Source of the DNA: Minisyncoccota bacterium
GTDB taxonomy: Bacteria; Patescibacteriota; Minisyncoccia; Phycocordibacterales; UBA1006
Assembly (NCBI GenBank): GCA_021734445.1
Contig: JAIPIY010000003.1
Span: 1-62,075, forward strand
Length of the DNA stretch: 62,075 bases
Direction: 5' to 3'
In this document: positions 18,426-25,988 of the stretch, piece after piece
Position numbering within the stretch: position 1 is the stretch's first letter
Layout: each line of letters opens with the position of its first letter
The notes under the pieces: generated by a model
Databases searched by the model: none
What the model was told of the DNA's origin: nothing
Seen by the model: only the letters and a program-made list of their open reading frames with translations
Position numbers and translations under genes: made by a program

Positions 18426-18965
18426 TGTACTAGGACATTCAAATTGTGTTGTAGGTACAATGTAGCCACCTTGTGATGGTGGATATACAGCTGTAGAAAT
18501 TTTCCGTGAATTACCATAAGAATCAACACACCAATATCCACCTGTGCGTAGTTTTACATTTATCATCCACGTTTGCCCATTATGTCCCGTATAACATGTT
18601 GCAACCCATCCCAATGTCCATGGATTTGCAAGCCAATCTGGATTGGACGTCATTGCGGCCGCCTCTAATAATGGAGCCAGGGAATTTTCATGTGCAGGAT
18701 TGAATAACCAATTTGTGTTCCAACGACATCCACCGCTGGTATTATGCCAACCAGCTCCGCCCTGAAATGTATTTGAATATCTTCCACCATTTTGTAATGC
18801 ATACAAATCTGCCAGCGCACGCATCTGAGATAATTCATGTTTAATATTTGCGTCACGTGCGCGATTTCTGGAACTGGAAAGAGAAGCCAATATAACAGTA
18901 GAAAGAATTCCGATAATTGCAATAACTACTAATAATTCCATTAATGTAAAACCTTTGGATTTCAT
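18423..18965 (-). CDS. type IV pilin / pseudopilin-like protein
   Basis: Prepilin N-terminus MKSKGFTLMELLVVIAIIGILSTVILASL (the class III signal, G|FTLxE). Confidence 0.85.
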   Translation of the reverse strand: MKSKGFTLMELLVVIAIIGILSTVILASLSSSRNRARDANIKHELSQMRALADLYALQNGGRYSNTFQGGAGWHNTSGGCRWNTNWLFNPAHENSLAPLLEAAAMTSNPDWLANPWTLGWVATCYTGHNGQTWMINVKLRTGGYWCVDSYGNSRKISTAVYPPSQGGYIVPTTQFECPST

Positions 18966-18977
18966 ACAATTAGTATA

Positions 18978-20420
18978 TCATAGATTATTTTTATATAACC
19001 ATGTTTGTATGTATTTTTCCACATCAAATTTCCCCTTACATCCACCATATGACATATATCGAACTAAACCAAAAATAGGTCGTGGAAACCATGCGCGATC
19101 ATGTACTCCACCAATGCTCCACGCAATACCGGCGTACCCATTGGGATCGCGTCCGTCTAATGAATACGTATCATTTAAATAGATTGCAATTTTCATTGCT
19201 TGTTCTGGAGTTTTCGTCCATTCTAATATCTTTTTCGCCCAGTACATGCGCATATATCCGTGCATTTTACCTATACTAACCATTTGCATCTGTGCTGCAT
19301 TCCAAAGATCATCATGGGTTTTTCCTTGTTCAAATTGTTTTTGGATATATGTGTACTCTCGAGTATCTTTGTTGGTTTTGGCAAAAGATTCTTTTGCCCA
19401 GTTTGGAAATCCATCTACTGTATCATACTGTTCTTCATAGAAACAAAAATTATCCGACAATTCTTTTCGAACGATCAACTCTTCTAGAAAAGCACCCGCG
19501 TGATCGGTCATAGTTAATCGCATATGCGGAGATACTTTTGCTTTGTTTTTTTGATTATGTAACACTTGGGCAATATCTTTTTTAATATATTTCAATACTT
19601 CCAAAACAATCCGCTGGGATGATATGATTCCATAGTGCAGATAGGGAGATAATTGGGATTGAGCATGATCATTCGGGTCATTTCGCATCTCAGCATATGA
19701 TTGTAATCCGTTTTGTAGGAATTTTTTCAAAATTTTATTTGCACCTGATACGCCTGATGGCGCCCAATCAATTGATACCAGAGATTCTTGTATTTCTTTT
19801 TCAGATAATAGTTTTTTCCAGTTTGCAACTGGAAGTTTCCCTGCATAAGCATATTTTGATTTTTGTAACATAGGAAATTCGTCCAAAAATTCAGGTAACA
19901 ATCGAAATATTTTTGGACGAATAGTATAAGCACCATATTCTTTTTTATCTGATGCAACCCACACTGGAACAATATTATGACTGTCGACACCAAAACATGC
20001 ACAGGATGCATTTTTTCGCACATAGGTATTCCACGATCGTGGTAATCGCAATGGATAAAAATCAGTAACCACAGCGCCTGCATGCACTGTTTGTAAAAAA
20101 TCTATCAATAATGTGCCGCTTTTTTTACCGGTATCATCAATGATCACCTGAAATACGATATTTTTCTTTATTAACGCGATTTCAATTTCTTGTAACGTTT
20201 TCATTTTAAACGCCAGTTGCCGTTTTCCTCCACCTAAAAAATTGGGAACCAAATTGTATATCACAATCAACGGCCGTTTATATTCTTGCGCCAGCTGTTG
20301 TGCGTATAATAATGACCAATTATCATTGATCCTCATTTCCCTATTCATCCAATAGATAATGGGCCCATCTTTGATCTCTTTGGTATTTAATTTTTGGATA
20401 CGTTTTGGGTGTATGGGCAT
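18978..20420 (-). CDS. phr: deoxyribodipyrimidine photolyase, class II type
   Basis: 480 aa. The N-terminus (NxxxGPIIYWMNREMRINDNWSL) and C-terminal WAKKILEW...RDPNGYAGIAWSIGGVHDRAW are typical of class II CPD photolyases. Confidence 0.8.
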   Translation of the reverse strand: MPIHPKRIQKLNTKEIKDGPIIYWMNREMRINDNWSLLYAQQLAQEYKRPLIVIYNLVPNFLGGGKRQLAFKMKTLQEIEIALIKKNIVFQVIIDDTGKKSGTLLIDFLQTVHAGAVVTDFYPLRLPRSWNTYVRKNASCACFGVDSHNIVPVWVASDKKEYGAYTIRPKIFRLLPEFLDEFPMLQKSKYAYAGKLPVANWKKLLSEKEIQESLVSIDWAPSGVSGANKILKKFLQNGLQSYAEMRNDPNDHAQSQLSPYLHYGIISSQRIVLEVLKYIKKDIAQVLHNQKNKAKVSPHMRLTMTDHAGAFLEELIVRKELSDNFCFYEEQYDTVDGFPNWAKESFAKTNKDTREYTYIQKQFEQGKTHDDLWNAAQMQMVSIGKMHGYMRMYWAKKILEWTKTPEQAMKIAIYLNDTYSLDGRDPNGYAGIAWSIGGVHDRAWFPRPIFGLVRYMSYGGCKGKFDVEKYIQTWLYKNNL

Positions 20421-20492
20421 ATATTTTCATAGTATATAGGTAAATGTAAAAAAGTGGTATACTATACATATAGTATTAATAAATATACACAT

Positions 20493-21494
20493 ATGTCACA
20501 AAACAGCTTAACACCAAAGTTCTTCTTTTTATCATTAGGCGTATTGGTAACATTGATTACCAGTGTTGTTTCTTTTTTAAATCTTCTTTTTGGAGTATTA
20601 AACAAGCATTTTCCAGATGCATTAAATGCAGTATACCAATATGGATATTCTTCATGGGATTATGATGGTATCCGGGCATCCTTGGCAACATTGATTATCG
20701 TATTCCCAGTATTTTTTGTATTGGCATATTTTTGGAATAAAGAATCAAAAAAAGAATTGGGTACAGGAGATGCTATTATTAAAAAATGGATGGTGTATAT
20801 TGTATTATTTCTTACTGCTATTGTTGTTATAGTTGATTTGGTGACATTGGTAAAATATTTTGTTGCAGGAGAAATAACTACACGATTTATAATCAAAGTA
20901 TTGTTGGTTTTGGCTGTGGCAAAAATTGTTGGACTGTACTACTTGTATGTTTTAGGTTCATTAAACCGGTTCAAAAAAATTATTTCTATCAGTTCCACAA
21001 TTGTTGCACCAGTGTTTGTTATCGCTGCAATTATTATCAGTTTTTGTGTTATCGGTAGTCCATCAGAGCAACGCGCATGGAGAATGGACGAACGACGTAT
21101 TCAAGATTTGCAATCGCTACAATGGCAAGTTATCTCTTATTGGCAACAAAAAGAATCTTTACCTATTAATATCAAAGAATTATCAAATCCCCTATCTGGT
21201 TTTTCTCTTCCGGTAGATCCAGAATTTACTAAAGGATTAACATATGAATATGAAAAAAATAATGATATGCAATTTTCTTTGTGTGCAACATTTTCTGCAG
21301 AAATGCCTCAAGGTTGGCAAGAATACAGCGGTGGTGGTGGCGTAATGCCAATGTTCAGCGAAGGTCGTGACATGGCAGTATCATCATATCCATCTATGGG
21401 CGGAACCAATGAATCCTGGGATCATGATGCAGGGCGAACCTGTTTTGAACGCACTATCGACCCAGAATTGTATCCACCTTATTCAAAAGGATAA
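20493..21494 (+). CDS. multi-pass membrane protein with extracytoplasmic C-terminal domain (DUF5671-like)
   Basis: Five or so hydrophobic helices in the N-terminal 200 aa, then a soluble tail. ATG at 20493 is preferred over GTG at 20454. Confidence 0.5.
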   Translation: MSQNSLTPKFFFLSLGVLVTLITSVVSFLNLLFGVLNKHFPDALNAVYQYGYSSWDYDGIRASLATLIIVFPVFFVLAYFWNKESKKELGTGDAIIKKWMVYIVLFLTAIVVIVDLVTLVKYFVAGEITTRFIIKVLLVLAVAKIVGLYYLYVLGSLNRFKKIISISSTIVAPVFVIAAIIISFCVIGSPSEQRAWRMDERRIQDLQSLQWQVISYWQQKESLPINIKELSNPLSGFSLPVDPEFTKGLTYEYEKNNDMQFSLCATFSAEMPQGWQEYSGGGGVMPMFSEGRDMAVSSYPSMGGTNESWDHDAGRTCFERTIDPELYPPYSKG

Positions 21495-21512
21495 ATTATT
21501 TTGAATCTTGAC

Positions 21513-21869
21513 CTATAATACAACCACAACAAGCGAAACCAAGGTACCCAGTATAGCACCAACAAGAATTTGTAATGGTGTATGTACCTTTATTTGTAAT
21601 CTCCAATAAATAATAGAAATAACTCCAGCAAAAATAACAGCAACGAGCATTATTTTTTCAATAAGTTCAATGTTTAAATGTAAAATAAAATAAGTATAAA
21701 AAATTGCAACAGCAAAAGAAAAGCTAGTATGCCCGCTGGGGAATGCATAATCACGAAGTGTCACGAGGGCATTTTGGGGTCGTGGAACCCTTGTTATATT
21801 CTTGAGAATCAACGTAATACCAAGAGTGATTACGATTATCAAAGATATATCCACGATTAGGCTTTGCAT
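21513..21869 (-). CDS. PAP2-family phosphatase (short)
   Basis: PRP...PSGHTSFSF acid-phosphatase motifs in a small polytopic protein. The upstream GTG extension contains a TATAAT box, so ATG at 21869 is preferred. Confidence 0.6.
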   Translation of the reverse strand: MQSLIVDISLIIVITLGITLILKNITRVPRPQNALVTLRDYAFPSGHTSFSFAVAIFYTYFILHLNIELIEKIMLVAVIFAGVISIIYWRLQIKVHTPLQILVGAILGTLVSLVVVVL

Positions 21870-21975
21870 ATATTTTTCTTGATTATCTTTCTTCTTAACA
21901 TAATTATAGTATATCACAAAGACGGGTGGTAATTTTTTATTGATTAATAGGATAAATTATTGTATTAAACTACAA

Positions 21976-22006
21976 CAAAAACAAGTCACAGAGTGACTTG
22001 TTTTTG
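21976..22006. terminator. bidirectional terminator hairpin bounding the island
   Basis: AAAAACAAGTCAC-AGAG-TGACTTGTTTTT, with an A-run and a T-run on either side. Confidence 0.7.
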
Positions 22007-22043
22007 TTTGCTATATTCTAGCCCTTTCGAGCGCTTGAACTAG

Positions 22044-22149
22044 CACTCGTGACGGTGAGGGTTCTCGAGATAGAACCAACCAGAGTCCTTACCCCATAAT
22101 GTTATTTTAATGTTTTTAGTATAACATTTTGACCCTTCTCGTGCGACTA
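22044..22149 (-). repeat. island repeat element A (pseudo-tRNA-3'-end module)
   Basis: Aligns with 23802-23919. Shared plus-strand blocks are GGTGAG, AGATAGAACC, TTACCC, TTTTTAGTAT and an identical 19-mer GACCCTTCTCGTGCGACTA (22131-22149 = 23901-23919). On the minus strand it ends ...GGTTCTATCT..CCCTCACCG, resembling the tRNA-Glu 3' end. Confidence 0.8.
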
Positions 22150-22165
22150 AATAATTTGATATTCC

Positions 22166-23296
22166 TCACCAATCCATATTCGCCATGTCGTCGTACATTC
22201 TTATCATGTATTCAATATATTCTTTAATTTCTTGACTAGACATTCGACTAATCATATCGTTACGGGTATTTTCATTTTTTGAAAAAGAAACATTTAAGCC
22301 TGCATTTATATAGGCAAAAATACTTTGTGTTGAAGTATGTTTGCTAATTAATTTCAAAAACGATTTCATTACACTGAAATTATCCTCCTGATTGCTCCAT
22401 CGAACAGAAACTGACTTATCATTCAGTGTACATGAAATTTTATGTCTAGCTCCCTCTAAATAAAAACTAAATACAGTATATGTGCCTCCGTGGGCTGAAG
22501 GGTTTCTTTTATACTTAGCTAAGCCAATCAATTTATCATAAATATCTTTAAATTCAGGTTCATTAATATCAAAGACCTTCTTAAATTTCTCACTCCATTT
22601 TAAATTTGAAAATCTTTCTACATTTTCTCTTTCTGGAATATCTCTAAACGCTAAAAATAGCACACAAAGATGTTCTAACATACTAAAAAATGAAAAATAT
22701 GAAGCTGTCTCGTAATATTTAATTTCGTAGATTGCTTTGTTTGAAGTTACTGTTGTAACGTTACCAAATTTTTTTATCTTTGGGTGTGATTTTTCTGCTA
22801 TCTTCCTTTTGTGCAAGGTTATTTTTTGAAAATAGTCATAAGGCTTAAATAATTCGTTAAATTTATTTTCAACTATTATCTCTCCCTTTAAAAGGGCTTC
22901 TTTGGCGTATTCTTCAACGAGTGGTAAAGTAGCTAATAAGACTTTGTATAATAAACCTTCCAAAGATTCAGCCACCCTCATTGCTTCATCTTCTGTATTA
23001 GCACTTACATATATTCTAAAACCGAATTTTTGATGAGCAATTGAGCAACTATATTTGTTTTTATAAGCAAAATATATTGACCAATTTATTTTCTCCATTG
23101 GTTGATCGGATATTCTAAATGATAAAATATCAGAAAAAATGTATCTTGCTAGTCGCCATATGTCATAGTCTCCAGAAAGACGATGTTTGTAACTAATTTG
23201 TGTTCCTGAGTTTTTAATAGGAGATTGGGTAAAATCTTTTAGCTGTTTTTGTATTTTGTTAGTAAGTTTTGTTTTGTTGTCTGGTAGCATATACAC
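22166..23296 (-). CDS. hypothetical protein with Rx4H HEPN-type motif (candidate RNase effector)
   Basis: 376 aa, K/N/I/F-rich. KYKRNPSAHGG (R264-H269, nt 22490-22507) fits the HEPN Rx4-6H signature (RNxxxH type). I could recognise no other family. Confidence 0.6.
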   Translation of the reverse strand: MYMLPDNKTKLTNKIQKQLKDFTQSPIKNSGTQISYKHRLSGDYDIWRLARYIFSDILSFRISDQPMEKINWSIYFAYKNKYSCSIAHQKFGFRIYVSANTEDEAMRVAESLEGLLYKVLLATLPLVEEYAKEALLKGEIIVENKFNELFKPYDYFQKITLHKRKIAEKSHPKIKKFGNVTTVTSNKAIYEIKYYETASYFSFFSMLEHLCVLFLAFRDIPERENVERFSNLKWSEKFKKVFDINEPEFKDIYDKLIGLAKYKRNPSAHGGTYTVFSFYLEGARHKISCTLNDKSVSVRWSNQEDNFSVMKSFLKLISKHTSTQSIFAYINAGLNVSFSKNENTRNDMISRMSSQEIKEYIEYMIRMYDDMANMDW

Positions 23297-23326
23297 AAAC
23301 CAAAAGATACTAATCTTTTGGTGAGA

Positions 23327-23767
23327 TTATTTTTTATTAATAAAATTAATATATAATTCTTCTTTAAGTTGGAAACCGGAAGGACCAGTACCAAAACTAT
23401 TATCAATAAATTCTATATAACCACGTGATACAAGTGAATCTAATCCATTACCTGAAATTAGTCCTTTTTTATAATCCGACATTGTAATGAAAGTAGTTCC
23501 TTGTTTAATATATTCTTCAATAATAGATTTTTCAGTTTCTGAAAAAATATTTTCTGTATTTGATTTAATAGATTTATTTTTTAAATAATTAATCAGTAAT
23601 CTACTTAAAACCTTGGTTGCTGAGAAAAAACAAATAAAAATTAATACAATAGTTACAGTGTCTTTTATGTTTAAATAAAAAAGAAATGTAATTAGTGATG
23701 CAACAAAAAGTGACAAATTTGTGGAGTCATCTTTTTCGGAATAAATTTTTTTAAAAAGTTCGTTCAT
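23327..23767 (-). CDS. small membrane protein: two N-terminal TM helices plus a C-terminal globular domain
   Basis: 146 aa. Hydrophobic segments LSLFVASLITFLFYL and TIVLIFICFFSATKVL. TATAAT-containing upstream region; no recognisable family. Confidence 0.55.
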   Translation of the reverse strand: MNELFKKIYSEKDDSTNLSLFVASLITFLFYLNIKDTVTIVLIFICFFSATKVLSRLLINYLKNKSIKSNTENIFSETEKSIIEEYIKQGTTFITMSDYKKGLISGNGLDSLVSRGYIEFIDNSFGTGPSGFQLKEELYINFINKK

Positions 23768-23801
23768 AATTTTTATTATACTACTTTAAACCGTTTATAT
23801 G

Positions 23802-23919
23802 CTTCTCGTGCAAGCACGAATTGGTGAGCCTTTAACAGATAGAACCCCTGTGGTTCATTACCCTGTAAGGCGGTTTGTTATTTTTTTAGTATGTCATCTC
23901 GACCCTTCTCGTGCGACTA
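23802..23919 (-). repeat. island repeat element B (pseudo-tRNA-3'-end module flanked by direct repeats)
   Basis: Bounded by CTTCTCGTGC at 23802-23811 and 23905-23914. The minus strand reads TAGTCGCACGAGAAGGGTC...GGGGTTCTATCTGTTAAAGGCTCACCA-ATTCGTGCTT-GCACGAGAAG. This parallels the real tRNA-Glu end GGGGTCACCA-TCAACAGCGC-GCACGAGAAG. Confidence 0.8.
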
Positions 23920-25053
23920 TTATTTTAAAATTAAACTTAAAATAAAACCAAGTGTTGCCCCAACCATAGTAGTCACAAAAAGATAAGTGTTGTTTGTACG
24001 GTTTGATTGTTTTTTGTCCATAAAATCGACCAAATCAGAAATACTAGATAAATATTGTTGTTCTTCTTGGTCATCATCTTCAATTTTGAAGAATTCCTTT
24101 AAATGAAAAACTCCTTTTTCTCTTTCCGTATCTTTCATTCTTTGATTGATATTTTGAGAAAAAGATATGTTGTAATATTTGAGTTCAACTACTTTTAAAA
24201 ATAGCTTTTCTATTCTTGAGGATGTTCGCCTGAATATATTTGCTTGCCACCATTCTATACCAAACCCACTTTTAGCTTTGACAGCTAATTTGTCTATTAT
24301 TTGACGCATATTTAACTTATAATTTCTAAAAAGCACTTGTAGATAATAAAGTGAAAATTCTTCAGATAACTCATTAATTACAAATTTCTTAAAGTCTTCT
24401 TCATTTTTAAAATTAGTTTGTGAGCCATTGATTTTAACTAAATCATAGCTACTTGTGGGTACAATTTTTGTGAAGATTTTTAAGTTTTCTTTATTTAGAT
24501 ATTCAGTATTAATGTTTGAGTTATCTAAAAGTTCTATTTCAAAGTCGCCATGAAAGGGACTTGGTCCAAGAACCTCCAATTCAAACCTAATTTCTTTGTT
24601 ATTTTCAATTTCATTTTTAATAAATTCTCTTACACACACTACTGCCCAGCTACTTTCTTCAGTATCTAGCAATTTCCTTGGTTCAATTATTGTAAAGGTG
24701 AAATAATAGTTGAAATAAATTTCAACTTTGAAGAATTCGTTACTCTTATAACAAAAACCCCAGCCTAATGCTTTTTCTTGCATCTTCTTAGGGATAAATA
24801 AATCAAATGATATCTTGCCCTCACAGAATGAGGGGAAAAACCCGGTGGCATCCTCAAAATTAAAATTTTCTTCCTTTATTTCTTCATCACTTGGAATAAA
24901 GCCACTTCTAAAACTATTCTCCTGAATATCAATTTTTAAATTGCTAATATTTGTTATCTTGTCTAAATCTTCCTTTAAATACTTAATGTATTCTTCAGGG
25001 GACATTTTTTGGGTTGCTTTAAAGTGAAAACACCCCAGTCCAATTTTTTTCAT
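23920..25053 (-). CDS. hypothetical protein with single C-terminal TM anchor
   Basis: 377 aa, K/N/E/F-rich, C-terminal YLFVTTMVGATLGFILSLILK. Its own TATAAT box lies upstream. No recognisable family. Confidence 0.6.
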   Translation of the reverse strand: MKKIGLGCFHFKATQKMSPEEYIKYLKEDLDKITNISNLKIDIQENSFRSGFIPSDEEIKEENFNFEDATGFFPSFCEGKISFDLFIPKKMQEKALGWGFCYKSNEFFKVEIYFNYYFTFTIIEPRKLLDTEESSWAVVCVREFIKNEIENNKEIRFELEVLGPSPFHGDFEIELLDNSNINTEYLNKENLKIFTKIVPTSSYDLVKINGSQTNFKNEEDFKKFVINELSEEFSLYYLQVLFRNYKLNMRQIIDKLAVKAKSGFGIEWWQANIFRRTSSRIEKLFLKVVELKYYNISFSQNINQRMKDTEREKGVFHLKEFFKIEDDDQEEQQYLSSISDLVDFMDKKQSNRTNNTYLFVTTMVGATLGFILSLILK

Positions 25054-25113
25054 AAATATATTATATAACTAATTCTTGTATATAAAAACAGTATACTTCT
25101 CGTGCGCGCTGTT

Positions 25114-25188
25114 GATGGTGACCCCACGGAGAATCGAACTCCGATTTCCAGGATGAAAACCTGGCGTCCTAACCGTTAGACGATGGGG
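25114..25188 (-). tRNA. tRNA-Glu (anticodon UUC), CCA encoded
   Basis: GGCCCCATCGTCTAACGGTTAGGACGCCAGGTTTTCATCCTGGAAATCGGAGTTCGATTCTCCGTGGGGTCACCA; anticodon loop TTTTCAT. Confidence 0.9.
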
Positions 25189-25240
25189 CCTATAAAACGC
25201 TATGAAGTATAGCATCTTTTACAAAAATGACAATATGTAT

Positions 25241-25275
25241 ATAAAAATAACCCCGACATCACGAATGACGCCGGG
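25241..25275 (-). terminator. terminator of the 25288-25764 gene
   Basis: Minus strand CCCGGCGTCATTCGTGATGTCGGGG followed by TTATTTTTAT. Confidence 0.5.
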
Positions 25276-25287
25276 ATCTTATGTAAC

Positions 25288-25764
25288 TCAAGCACGAAGT
25301 CTTATATCTAACATGTGTTCAAATATCGTCTTTAATCCGTATATTGGCATACCAGGACGAATTTTATCCTTGAGGACATCTATACTCAGATAACCTTTCT
25401 CCTCTCTCTCTTTTTCAAGGAAAGTATCCAAGATAAGCTGATAGTCCAAATAAAAGTCAACATTCTTCTTTGTATGATTCAAAGGTTCAGGTAGATTCTG
25501 TAGCACCCAATCTATTTGAGGTGTTTTAAACTTATCCTTGTGTTTTACCAATAATGTACGCCAAATCATGGGACGTTCTACATAAAGGAACAATAACGCA
25601 AGCCTGTGTTCGACTAATACTTTTTGTACGTAAACAAATGCTTTCCAAGCATCAGTTTCGCTATCTAGTTCGTGAAAAAAATTAGATTTTGGCTTCTCTT
25701 GAACGGGTTTTACTACTTGTTCATTCAAAAAAAGAAGCCACTTAAAGATTCTTGGAATTTCCAT
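25288..25764 (-). CDS. hypothetical protein
   Basis: ORF with no recognisable domain. A TTGACA-17-TATCTT promoter overlaps the track's TTG start at 25791, so ATG at 25764 (MEIPRIF...) is preferred. Confidence 0.45.
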   Translation of the reverse strand: MEIPRIFKWLLFLNEQVVKPVQEKPKSNFFHELDSETDAWKAFVYVQKVLVEHRLALLFLYVERPMIWRTLLVKHKDKFKTPQIDWVLQNLPEPLNHTKKNVDFYLDYQLILDTFLEKEREEKGYLSIDVLKDKIRPGMPIYGLKTIFEHMLDIRLRA

Positions 25765-25864
25765 CGTGTGTGTGAATTGGTTCCATACCAAGATACACTA
25801 AAATAATCTCTATGTCAAAATATGCACAAATCCCCTGTTTTGTTATAATAACAATTAATATCAT

Positions 25865-25937
25865 GCACGGTTAGCTCAGTTGGTAGAGCACTCCCTTGAC
25901 GTGGGAGGGGTCGCAGATTCGAGTTCTGCATCGTGCA
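25865..25937 (+). tRNA. tRNA-Val (anticodon GAC)
   Basis: GCACGGTTAGCTCAGTTGGTAGAGCACTCCCTTGACGTGGGAGGGGTCGCAGATTCGAGTTCTGCATCGTGCA; anticodon loop TTGACGT. Confidence 0.9.
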
Positions 25938-25988
25938 CAAATAATATTTAGGTTGCCTTGAAACCCGTTGTCATGTAGCATACTGGGT

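Noticed and set aside
18242-18922. ORFs 18242-18541, 18506-18703 and 18665-18922, which overlap the pilin gene.
   Set aside because: They are alternative frames of a well-supported prepilin CDS and have no independent support.
22135-25104. The repeated CTTCTCGTGC(G) motif, considered as a CRISPR array or integron attC sites.
   Set aside because: There are only four copies, and they are spaced about 0.1, 1.2 and 1.7 kb apart with whole genes between them, so this is not CRISPR. No intI-type integrase is present, and the modules lack the inverted R''/R' GTTRRRY cores of attC. I describe it only as cassette-like.
21976-25800. The island considered as a prophage or ICE remnant.
   Set aside because: The window contains no integrase, excisionase, capsid, terminase, relaxase or conjugation genes. 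The island is only about 3 kb.
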